From Geosiphon pyriformis uo1 (taxonomy: Eukaryota > Fungi > Glomeromycota): DNA of 64,000 nt. Positions 1 to 11,456 of this stretch are shown piece after piece. The stretch spans positions 1,126,033-1,190,032 of the forward strand of contig JAAOMT010000436.1 of assembly GCA_016748015.1 (NCBI GenBank), read 5' to 3'. The position numbers were made by a program, and so were the translations under genes. A model generated the notes under the pieces. That model saw only the letters and a program-made list of their open reading frames with translations, was not told the origin of the DNA and did no database searches. Each line of letters opens with the position of its first letter. Within the stretch, counting starts at the first letter, position 1.

Positions 1-1472
1 AAGATAAGCTTCTCAAGTCTTGATATCAATGATGATATTCTCTTGGATGCCTCCTTAGAACTTTCCTTTTCCTTGAAAAATTTGGTTTCTGTTTCTGTTA
101 GAAAGTCTTTTGCTCTGGATATCGGATTGGACAGAGTGGTTAAAAAATTCTCTTAAGAGAAGTTCATAATGGTTAGAAGGTTGTTTCAAAAGTCAATGGT
201 TTTAGGGAGGTTTCTACCCCCTTAAAATTTTCTGGGATCATCCGTGCTTCCTTCATTTCTGAAGTTAGCTTGGCGCAGGCTATGGAAAAGGCAAGAGCAG
301 CAGACATTTTGGTAAACACCAATCTCAAGAAATCTACTGGTTGTTTAGATCGGGCTGTAGTGATAAAGGAAATTCCAGTTGGAACATTGGCTGAGGCTGT
401 GTGTGCTGCGCTATCTGAATTTGGAATAATTAAGTCGATCAAAATGCAATTAGTGGAGCTGTGGCAAAAAGCTATAGTAGAATTTGAGCAATTGGATCAG
501 GCTGATTTAGTCACAGATAAGTAGTCTATTCTGATCAGAAAGAATGCCATATGTGTTGCTAGGGCTGATTTAGACAAAAAAATGTGGAATAAGAGAGATT
601 ATCATAAGGCACTGCTCTATACTTTGCCAATGGGAACTAATGCTCATGATATTTGAGACTTTGTTCAATCTGTGGATGAGAAAACTTGTATCATCAATCA
701 CCATCCAGTTACATATGCTCAGACCAGGTGTGCTGTTGTTTGCTTCAAATCTGCTGAGTTTTTGGATGTTGTTATGGGAACCACACTGGTGTTTAAGGGC
801 ACTAATTTACGTTGGTCTAGTCTTGTTTCTGTCAGGTGTGCCAAGTGTGGGAAGTTAGATCATATGTCATTAAACTGTACTAAAAGTGGGAAGGTTTTTT
901 CTAGTAGTTTATTTTATAAGGTGCTATTGGATGCAGATAAAAGCAGGCTGACTGCAATATATGCCAAACAATCTGCTCCAGTTGCTTGTCCCATTTCTTT
1001 TGGTGGTTTTTCTTGGGCAAAGGTTGTGAGTGGGTCTTCTTTTCTCCCTCTTTCTGGCCGAATTGTTTCAGTAAATGTTGGCTCCTCTTTGGAAATGAAG
1101 CCATCCCTACTAGTTGTGACAAAAATCAATGATAGGTTTGCCGCTCTTAAGTGCAGTCTCACCAGCCTTGCAGAGCATGTTGACATGCTGGCTAAGAAAT
1201 TGGAAACATCTAAGCCAATAGTTTCCCAGCTTAGTCTTGGATGTCAGCTGTTAGTGACCCTTTCATCACAGAATCAAAAAGTGGATACAGTAATGAGTGA
1301 GGGTTTGGGTGTGGCCACTGATGGTAAGACTGTTGCAAAGGCAGTGGTTTTCGATTCCTCTGTTATTGAAAAAATGGAAGACACTTTAAAAAATCTTGCA
1401 ATTACAGTTATGGGCCTTTTGGCCAAAATGGACAATGCCAGTTTGGTTTCTGCTGGTTTCTTCTCTCAATGA
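1..1472 (+). pseudogene. LINE ORF1 (RRM-like segments + CCHC zinc knuckle), disrupted; 5' end outside window
   Basis: VVIKEIPV..FG.IKSIKMQL...WQKAIVEF RRM-like segment; CAKCGKLDHMSLNC knuckle; in-frame stops at former Trp codons (e.g. 522-524). Confidence 0.88.
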
Positions 1473-4400
1473 CAAATCTAATCTGGAAAGTTGCTATATG
1501 CAATATTAGAAGCATGAACAATCCTGTGAAGCAAGATGATATTGTGCATTGGCATAAGGACATGAACAATCTAATTTCAATTTTTACAGAAACTAAGCTA
1601 AAAGGGAGGATGCGTTCTTAGATTGTTAAAAGATATGAGAATGTCTGTGTGTTTACTTCTGGGTTGGACTTTGATTACTTGGGGTCAGGTGTTATAGTGG
1701 TCATAAATGCTTCTTTGGCTAGACATGTGTGTAAAATTTCTGAGGTACCTGGTTGGCTCATCTGTATCAGGCTGCTTTTTAAAAATAAGCTTTCTGTCTT
1801 GATTTTGGGGCTTTATGCTGGTGCATCTCCCATGATCTGTTTTTCTCAGGCTAATGAAATCAATTCACTTGTGGCTAGAGCTGTGAATAAATCTTCTTTT
1901 GTTATTTTTGGTGGTAATTTCAATGAAAATGGTTCTCATAGATGTGCCAGCTTTAAAAAATGTCTTGATCTAAGGTTAGTCAATTCTTTGGTTGGGAGTT
2001 TGGCAGTGTAAACATCTACTTGGTTGAATTCTCATGAAGTTGCGAAAGTGATTGATTATGTGCTTGTTTCTGCAAATTTGGTTGGTGCATTAGTGTATCA
2101 CAGTGTTTTGGAGGTTGGTGAACATTTTGACACTGACCATCAGGCTGTGTCTGTGTCTGTGAGTTTGGGTAGATTATTGAATGCACAGTTGAATTTTCTC
2201 CACAAAAGAGCGAATATGGATTGTTGGAAGTATGATATCAAAAGTGCTGATGATATTAAGTGGTGTGAATTCAAAGTGTTGATGGTAGTGAATACCACTA
2301 TGTTTTCTGAAGAGTTTGTTTTCTCTGTGGTGTCTTTTGATCTAGATTCTATGTGAGAAATTGTTCATAAAATGATGATTTTTTTGGCTAATGATTTATT
2401 TAAGAAAAAATGGTTTAAGAGCTTTGATAGCATCTTTACCAAGGGCTCTTTCAGGTTTTGAGAATAGTTAAAGTGTCTTATGGACAGAATTCTATAAGGT
2501 TTGCATCTTTGATGAGCCGTTGGGCTTCTTTGGATTCTAAAAAAGCCTTGGCAGTGCAGGTTCTCTTGGACTCTGGTGTAGATTTGAATTATGTAAGATC
2601 TGCTTTTTTTGGTGTGCAAAAGTCCTATCGTGCCTCCAAACTTGCTAAATCTTTGAGAGCTTAGGAGTCAAGTATTAGGTCTGCCATTGACAGGCGTATG
2701 GAGAGCTTTGCTTCTTATAAGAGTCATATTATCAGGAGTGTTTTAGAATATTCTTTCCATAAGATGAAATTGAATCATTTGGTTGTTGGTAATAAATTGA
2801 TTCTGGAGCCTAAGTTAGTCAAGGCTAAAGTAGATGTGATTATGGAAGGGTGGACTAGAAGATGCAAGGTGGTTTCTGACATTTCTAATAAATGGTTTTG
2901 TTAATACCAGCCCCTGGAGTATGTCTTTGATGGTGCATTCTCAGATGTAATGTGACCAATTAATTTTGATGAGTTGTTTGGTGTGATTTCTGATCTGCCT
3001 GATGGCAAAGCTGCTGGTTTTTTTGGTATTCCCAATGAACTTTGGAAACACTGTAATAAATCTGTCATGGGTATGCTTTTGAAACTTTTGAACACTTGTT
3101 TGATTAATGAGTCAGTGCCCAGTTTTTGGAGGGAGGCTTGGGTCTCAATAATCTCTAAACCATACAAATGGAAGAGCATTTTCACAAACATCTATCCTAT
3201 TATTCTGATTAAAACGGCCCATAAAATTCTCTCCAAGATTCTGTTTGATAGGATTTCCCTAGCATGTAGCAGTTTTAATGTTCTTTGTGGTGACAACTTT
3301 TCTGTCCTGAAAGGTACTTCTATACAATCACCTATTTTTGCAGTTGGCTCAGTAATAGAGGACATTCTGGAAAAGAACTGTGAACTTTGGCTTGTTCTAC
3401 AGGACACATGAAAGACATATGATTCTGTTGGTTAAAAACATCTTAAGAAGAGTTTGATTAAAATTAAAATGTGTAGCAAGTTTATATGTTTTTTTGGTAG
3501 TATTCATTGCAACCACATCAACAAAATTATGACTGATTTCAGCTTAACTGATAGGTATTGTGTTCATGATGGCTTGGATCAGGGAGAGGTTTTCTTGCTG
3601 CTTTTCTGACGCATATTCTATGATTCTCTTCTTTGTGAGGTTAAGAGACAAGAAAGTGTGTATGAGTACAGGTTGAATTCTCACTTCATTTCAAAAAATG
3701 GTCATCTGAAACTTGTTGCTGGATTATCTTTTTTTTTTGCTGCTGGGGCTTTTGTTGATAATACGATTTGGGTTGGTAGTAATCAGAGTGCTATCCAGCA
3801 TATTTTTAATGTTGCCAGTGAATTCTTCCAGGTCAATGACATTTCTATTAATACAGACAAGACTGTTGTCATCCCTATTAATTACAAAATTGGTAGTTCT
3901 TCTTTAGTTATTAGTAGCTTGCCTATTGTTATTGTGAAAAAAAAAGAATCTTATCATTATCTGAACATTTTTCTTTCAACTGAAGGTCTTTCAAAGCCTA
4001 ACATGGCCAAAGCACAGTTAAATATTTGTTTCTTTTCTAACCTTGTGCTGAGAAAAGCCATCTTAGATAAACAATTTTTGTACTTAGTTTCAGCTGTTCT
4101 CCATCCTATTGTGAGCTATAGGACTCAGTTCAGTTTTATATCTTTCGATGTGTGCAACAAATGGAATATTTTAATTCAGAAAGGTCTTAAACTGAAATCA
4201 GGTCTTTCTCTTGATTTCCTGAGTGATTCAATCCACCACTCTTCCTTTTATGGTTAGAAGTCCTTTAAGCAGGTACAATCTGAGAACAAAATAGTATTGT
4301 TTATAAATTTTGCAAACTCTGGTGGGACCTTAGATCACATGTTCTCTCATAGGTTTCATGACTTGCAGGTTTTGTGTTGGCATCCTGTTCACCCCCTAAG

Positions 4401-4518
4401 TTTTCCAGTGTATATTTGCATTAGTCCTTTGAATAATTTTTTAGCTGGTATGGTTTGTGTTTTTGCGAAAAATAATCTGTTTCTAAGTAGTCTTTTGGGC
4501 AATCCTTTTTGTCACCAG
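1469..4518 (+). pseudogene. LINE ORF2 5' part (AP endonuclease + reverse transcriptase), disrupted
   Basis: ATG at 1469 overlaps the ORF1 stop (ATGA); MTNLIWKVAICNIRSMNN start; RT segments KAAGFFGIPNELWKH, YPIILIKTAHKILSKIL, GLDQGE, AFVDN. Confidence 0.9.
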
Positions 4519-5332
4519 TGTTATGAGATGGTTTTCTTGGTATATTTTAATTGTTGATCTCCCATTTTAATTGCAATCAGTCTCTCCTGAGTTCTTTTAT
4601 TTTATGTGTTGGATATTAATGATAATGTACTAAAGGTTTTTTCTTGATGTTATAATATAAGTTTTCTCTTTAATTTTAATTGTCTTTGTATGTTGTGTAC
4701 TCCTCCCAAAGGCTAATCTGACATTTACCTGCTGTTTAGGGTCTTTTCTGAGACTATCCTTGCAATTGCCTAATGTGTTTCTCTAATCTAGAAACATGAA
4801 ATATTAATGGTCTTTTTACAATTTCCCTAAGTATATAATAAAGCTTTTTCAATTTAATTAGTAACTATGTGAATAATCTTGATCAGAGATTATTCTTCCA
4901 AAGAGTTCAGAGATAGAATAATAGTTTCATTCACTAAAAAAAGTATGTGAATTCTATTGTTAATCTCATAATTATGATGTTCATTTAATTTATTATTTTT
5001 ATTAATTCTTTTTGAATAAGATTTTATTTAGATATTTGTTGCTTTTAGTTGAAGCTTGTTTTTCTTCATCATTAAAAACTATTGTATATATATATAATTA
5101 TTGTTTTACAAAATAATATCTTGTAATACTTTATTTCTATTATTTTTAAATAGTGTTTGCTGCTATTGTAAAATAGTGCTTGCTGCTTTTGCACAATAGT
5201 GCTTGCTGCTATTGTAAAATAGTGTTTACTGTTATTTGTAAATCATTTCTTTTTATAAATTGTTGCTGTGCTATTTCATGATTGGCTAATTTATATTATT
5301 TATAATTCCTATTAAATTTTTGAAATATAACA
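4519..5332 (-). repeat. 3' LTR of Gypsy A
   Basis: TGTTAT…ATAACA termini; near-identical to 23724-24582; adjacent PPT. Confidence 0.93.
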
Positions 5333-5346
5333 TTATCCCCTCCTTT
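5333..5346 (-). other. Polypurine tract of Gypsy A
   Basis: Minus strand AAAGGAGGGGATAA immediately before the 3' LTR. Confidence 0.85.
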
Positions 5347-5659
5347 CAAGATTGAGCTCCATTGAAATCAAAGTTAATTTTTTCATTGAATTCTAAGTTG
5401 CTATAGTAGTTCAATACTGTATTATTAACTTGTTGTTGTAATTCTTGAAATTGTGAGTTGGTAAGTCATTTAATACTGTTGGTTGTTATTATGTTTATGG
5501 TTGGATCCAGTAATACTTTGTGACAATTTTTCAAATACTTTGAAAATTCTGTAAACTGCTTTTTGAATTAAATGTACTATTGGTTTTTCCAATAAAACTT
5601 TCTAATTGTTGGATTGTTGCTTTGTCAAATACTCTAATTGATGAGTAAGTTCATGATTT
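5346..5659 (-). pseudogene. C-terminal remnant of ORF3 (unknown protein) of Gypsy A
   Basis: With frameshift repair reads FDKATIQQLESFIGKT…KAVYRIFKVF…LTNSQFQELQQQV…DFNGAQS*, homologous to element B ORF3. Confidence 0.65.
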
Positions 5660-8600
5660 TTACGTGTGTCTCATTCTTAACAAACAGTCAGCATTGGCAT
5701 TTTTGGTACCTTCTTTGTATTTAATGATATAATTATATGGTGCTAATATTTGTGTCTATCTGGCATATTTTTTTTTCAGCACTTTCTTGTTATTTAACCA
5801 AACCAGATCTCTATGATCTATAGTAATATCAAAGAGTTTGTACTGTAAATATGTGTCAAAGTAAACACAACTCCAGACTACTGCTAAGCATTCTAGTTTG
5901 TGTGCTGTGTAGTTTTGCTCTGTCATACTGAGACTTTTACTGGCATAAACAATTACACGTTCTCTTCCATTATTATTTTTTTGTGAAAGAATAGCTCCAA
6001 GTCCAGTTCCAGAGGCATCTGTGGCCAAAATGAATTTCTTGTTAAAATCCAGATAGATCATTATTGGTGATTCAATAAGTTTTTGCCTAAGATACTCAAA
6101 AGCTTTTTGCTGTGTTTTGGTCCATTCAAATTTCACATTTTTGAATAGTAGATAATTAAGAGGTTTGGCAATATTTGAAAAGTTTTCTATAAAGCAGCAG
6201 TAATAAGATGCAAGTCCTAAAAAGCTTCTAACTTCTGAAACATTTTAAGATACTAGAAAATTTTTTACTTTGTCTATTTTTGATGGATCTGGTTTTATTC
6301 CATCTTTTCTAACTACATGTCTTAGAAATGCTAGCTTATTTTTCCCAAAGAAACATTTTTCTAAATTTAATTTAAGTCCAGCATGTCTCAATCTCTCAAA
6401 AACTTGTTGTAAATGTTGGAGATGATCTGCAAATTTTGGTGAGAGAACATTTGTATTGTCCAAGTAGACAACAATAGATTACCACAGAATTCCAGAGTAA
6501 ATTATGTCCATTAGTCTTTGAAATGTCATGGGAGTGTTTGTCAATCCAAATGGTATTATATTGAACTCATAATTGCCATTTTGTGTTGTGAATGCTGTTT
6601 TATACCTGTCTTTTGGGTCTATTTCTACTTGCCAGTATTCACTGGTCAAGTCAAGTGTAGAAAACCATTTTGCTCCTCTAAAAATGTCAAAGATTTTGTT
6701 AATTAATAGTATTGGGTATGAGTCTTTGGTTGTTTTGCTGTTTAGTTTGCGATAGTTGACGCAAAATTTAATTTTTCCGTTCTTTTTCCTTACTAAAACA
6801 ACTGGTGAAAACCATAGACTCATTGATGGTTGAATTATTCTTTTTTCCAACATGCTTTGGACTTCTTCTTTGATAAAATTATGCTCTATTGGTGAGACAT
6901 GGTAAGCATGTTGTTTTTCAGATCTGGCATCTCCAGTGAGAATTTGGTGTTGAACCAAGTTGGTTCTTCTAAATTTGCCATTTCATGAAAATATATTAGA
7001 GTATTTTAAAATTAATGCTTTTAATTGTCACTGTTGGTCCAGATCCATTGTTTCAATGTTTAATTTGGCCAATTCTTCTGGTGTAAATTGATAACATTCC
7101 AACAGTTGTTGCCAATTTATTGAAGTGAGTTCACAGTAGAGGGCAATTTCTGGAAAATTTAGAATTTCTTGTGGTGTTGATGTGTTTTCTAGCTCCATTC
7201 CAAGGTATTCAATGATGGTATCTTCCAGAATATAGACAGGTTCTTCTATGGTGTTTGTGATAGGAAATTTTATCTATTAAGCTTTATTAGCTGGAATAAA
7301 AAGGTTAGTAAGTTCTATGAGAAACTGTTGGCAAATTTCTGGATAGGGCTCAAATATTAGGTCTTTTTCTTTAATTGTTCTTTTTATTCTTATTTTTGAT
7401 TTTTCATATGATAGGAGTATGATGGACTGCTCAGTTTTAATTACTTCGCCTTTTTCTTCTATTGTTTCAGTGAAATTTGCTTCAATTCTTTTTTCTGTCA
7501 ATCCGAAACCAAAAGTTCCTCTTGTTGTTTGTAACAATTCCTTATGATTTTCCACTGGCATGAATTTCCCAATTTTACCAATGGTAGAAAAATTGCTTGT
7601 GTAATCTTTTCCTTAGATTCAATAATATAAGATTTTTCTGAATTGTTCTGTAGTAAAACCATTAAATTTCCAGTGTAACTAGAGTCAATTACTCCTCCTT
7701 GAATGCTTATTCTTTTTTTCACAAGGCTTGATTGCGACACTATTTGAACCATTATTCCTGGTGGAATTTCAACCACTATTTTTAAATCAATTTTGGTGAT
7801 GCTCCTGGGTAGTAATGTTGTGAATTGGTCTTCTGGATAATGTAGATCAAATCTGGCATCGGTTGGATGGGCTCTTTTGGGTACTATTCCTAAGTGCCCA
7901 TTGTCATAGTATTGGATGCTAATCTCCTAATCTAGATCAGTATAGGCTAAAATATTTTCTGACTCTGGACCGTTAAATAAGTTTTGTTGATTTATTAATT
8001 GATTTTGGTACTGCTGATTCTCAATTTCCATTTTTTTTGCCAAGTCTTTTTTATATTGACACTCTTTATAGTGCTGACTTTGGCACAGAATAAGACAGTT
8101 TTTACAAAAGTAAGTGTTGATCTGGACGAGATACTGTTCCTGTTTTTGGCGAGTGAGACACAACTGTTGATAATTTTTTTGGAATTTATCTACTGGGTTG
8201 AACATGTTGTAGTTGGCAACTTTGTTGGCTATTTCGGCTAACACTTTCCAATGTCATATTTCTTCAGTGGTTTCTCCTCTTACTTTGGCTTGTGTGGTGT
8301 TGTATAACTCATCCTTGTCATGTAGGTAGTGCTACAGTCTTCTTAATGCTCTGTTGAATGCTGCTTCAAATGGTGTTCCTCCTCTTATCCAGTCATAAAT
8401 GAGAATCGTGTATTGGCAAGTTGTGTTACACGTTTCTCTTCTGTCTGGTATATTGTTCTAGTCACACTCTCTTGGTAATGGTTCTCCACAAGCAAGGCAC
8501 AGTTCCTCATCCCATTTTCCATGTCTTTCTGGGTAACCGTATTTTTTTTTGTTACAACAGTTACAATAGTAGTGGGTGAGATTTCTTGGGTCTTCATCTG

Positions 8601-9864
8601 GTGCACTGCACGCAGTCATAGACGAGAGTTTCTTCTTACAAACCAAGCATTCTAACTTTGGTCTGCATTGCTGGTGGTTTCTTTGTGGACTTATCTGGTT
8701 CTATTTGGATCTTTCTTTGCTGGTCCACATTAGTATGGCTAGTAGTTCTGTTCTTTGGTCATTAGTCTAAGAAAGCTAATAGGTTTTGATGACTGGTAGT
8801 GCTGAATTTTTCTCAAATTCAAAGGTAGGTCTTTGGTTGGTGCTGGGTTTTTAGAAATGGCCACAGGTGGTTAGAATTCTGGCCTAGTGGCCATTATAAT
8901 TGATTAGAAGCTCTTGGATGGTCCAGTCTAGAGTGGCATTGGCTTTTGTTAGCCAGTCATTCCCTACTAACGCTTAATATTGTGTAGTGTTCATTACTAA
9001 TACTTTTATAGGTATTACTATGCCATTAATTTCGAAAGGGAATGAGTCAATTTCACTATGAGACAGCTTTGTACTTCCATTGGCTGTTATGATTTGAGAC
9101 GTTGCAGCATGATTAACTTTGAAACCCAGTTGGTTTACTAGTTGAAGTGTTATGATGCTTCCAATGGATCTACTATCTAAGATAAGTTTGATTGGGGTAT
9201 TGTTTACAGTGGCTTTTATATACATAGCAATAATTGGGTGTTTTTCATCCAATGCTGCTCCACTGAACATAGTCTCGTTTTCCTTTAATTCAAAAAGAAA
9301 AATAGCTGCAAGGCTGTTATCTTTAGTGGCAACTGCTGGTAATATTGTTTGGCTTAATTTATTGGAGGAATTTTTGGTTCTATTTATGTTTCTACCATCA
9401 TTGTTTCCGATGATCAGATTTTTCAGTATATTAAGATAAGTTTGTTGATAATTTTGGTAGTTTGGATTGGTTTGCTAACTGGTTCCAGCATGGTTTGGAT
9501 TCCTTTGGACCAACATGTTCTGGTTCTACATGAGCTGATTTCAGGGCTTAGGACACCAATTTGGGTTGGCTATTATGGGCTGTTGTTGGTAAGTTCCTTG
9601 ATTTTGATACGTGGTAGAATATTGGTGTGATATTGGCATGTACTGGTTTCTGGGCATTTGGGGTGGCGTGTAATAATTATTTTTGCATGCTTCCTGCATC
9701 ATTCGTGTTCAATATTGACTAATCAAATGTCCTATGCATTTGCAAAAATGGCAGATACACGTTTCTGTTCTGAATTCCTGGCACAATGAGCAATTATTTC
9801 GACTGTTGCTGACTTCTTGGCTGTGTCTTTGGGGTGGTTGGTATGTATTTCTTCTTGGATCCAA
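5660..9864 (-). pseudogene. Gypsy A polyprotein, 3' part: gag CCHC knuckle, aspartic protease, Cys-rich domain, dUTPase, RT, RNase H
   Basis: CHFCKCIGHLISQY knuckle (~9715-9755); LILDSRSIGS protease; GGVIDSSYTG and RGTFGFG dUTPase; FCVNYRKLN, PFGLTNTP, YLDN RT; LATDASGTGLGAIL RNase H; ends ADCLLRMRHT* at 5660. Confidence 0.9.
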
Positions 9865-10760
9865 TATTACAGGTGATTATTTCTGGTGTGGAAATAAATA
9901 ACAAACCCATAACTTGGTGCTTAAAAGCTATTGATTTCTGTTGATGTTGGTATTAGTAATCTGAAGGTTTTGATATCTGAAGGTTTTGGGTTGAGTTCTT
10001 TGTATAATGAACAGAGATTCAATTGTAATTGTACTAGTCTTCGGAATTGCAATTCCGTCCAATTTCTTTCTCAGCGTGGAGGCCAGATTTATTCTGGCAG
10101 TTGTGCCCTTCTGATAAGCTATCCGTTAATATATAAAATTCTACCCTTATTTCTGGGTCTTTTACCAGGCTATCCGTGACGTTAATAACTCAGTGCTTTT
10201 AATCTTTAATCAATTAGTATACAACAACAAAACAAAGACAGAAAAGAAAAGACAAGAAAAAAAGCAAAGAATATGAAATAAATCAAATAAGCCAAGATGA
10301 TTCTGATTTATATCCCATTAATAGCTGTAATCAAGAACTATTGTTCCAGTATGGTTAAGTATCAGTTACTATCAACATGAAGTGTTGATAGTGAAGAAGA
10401 AATTTGATATAGTGAATAATTATTTTATTTGAGAATTGTGGTAACTAAGCTAAAAATTCTTGGTGTCCTTTCTGCCTTTTCTGCTTTTAATGCTACTGCT
10501 ATATATACATATTTGAAATTCCTCCATTTCTTAATTTTTTGTGACAGAAATCTTGGAATTCCTGAAATCTTGTGATTTCTGATGAGAGGAATCTTAGAAT
10601 TCTGGAATTCTGCGACTTCTTGTTGGAGAATTCTGAAATTCTTGAAATCTTGCAATTCTTCTGAAAGGAATCTTGGAATTCCATATTTACTATGTCTACA
10701 TCTGATTGGCTAATATCTACTGACTAATAATACTATATTTCCTATATTCTATGAGTAACA
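9865..10760 (-). repeat. 3' LTR of Gypsy B
   Basis: TATTAC (decayed TGTTAC)…GTAACA; same length as and near-identical to 21236-22131; PPT at 10761-10775. Confidence 0.93.
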
Positions 10761-10775
10761 TTATTCCCTCCTTTT
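10761..10775 (-). other. Polypurine tract of Gypsy B
   Basis: Minus strand AAAAGGAGGGAATAA abutting the LTR. Confidence 0.85.
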
Positions 10776-11433
10776 AATATTAAGCTCCATTGAAATCTAA
10801 TTCCTTTAATTCTCTCTCTTGAAGTATTTCCTGAATTTTGTTTTCAAGAATTACTTGTGTTATTTAAGTCTGTAATTCTTCAAATTGAGCATTGGTGATT
10901 TTTCCCAATTAATTACTGGCAACCGTATTTATTGCTTTGTTAAATAGAATTTCTGGTCAATCCTAAAATGCTGTGTATATTCGGTATATAGCTCGAGCTT
11001 GTGTGGATAAGTTGTTTTTCCCCACAAAATGTTCTAGTTGTTATAGTATTATTGTGTCGAATAACTGCTTTGTTTTATCCATATATAAGTTCTGGATATT
11101 CACGTGTTGTTTCAAGTAAAAATAACAATAATTTTTTGGAAATTGTTGTGTTCACTAAGTCCAAGTTTCTCTGGTAAGTTCTTGGTGTAATTTGACTATT
11201 TGTTGTTTTTTTATGGCCAATTTTATCTTGGTCATAATCTTGTCAACAACATTTTCAAGTCTTTTCTGTGCTTTGTTTTGTGGTATTTTTGCCATATTTT
11301 TGTAATAAATGGTTTGTTAATTGATTGTAATTTCCATCTCCTGGTGTTGGATTAATTGAAAAATTTGTTGGGCTAGTGAATGGATATTGTCTATAATTTC
11401 TATTTTTCTGATCTCTTCTGTCATGTCAACCAT
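10774..11433 (-). pseudogene. ORF3 (~220 codons, unknown helical protein) at the env position of Gypsy B
   Basis: ATG at 11433 (MVDMTEEIRKIEII…); several stops consistent with C>T and two 1-nt frameshifts; ends DFNGA(Q)Y* at the PPT; homologous remnant in element A. Confidence 0.65.
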
Positions 11434-11456
11434 GTTCTTATATATTCTTTTGTCGA

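Larger units (their letters stand above)
1..4518 (+). mobile_element. Non-LTR retrotransposon (LINE-1 of window), 5' part; degenerate; interrupted at 4518/4519 by Gypsy element A
   Basis: ORF1 fragments, then ORF2 fragments with AP-endonuclease (CNIRSMN, TETKL, GGNFN, IDYVLVS, TDHQAV) and RT (GLDQGEVF, AFVDNTIW) motifs; collinear with the LINE at 38837-45720; reading resumes at 24583. Confidence 0.93.

Noticed and set aside
10774-11433. ORF3 as a retroviral env
   Set aside because: Short and hydrophilic; no signal peptide, furin site or transmembrane anchor visible
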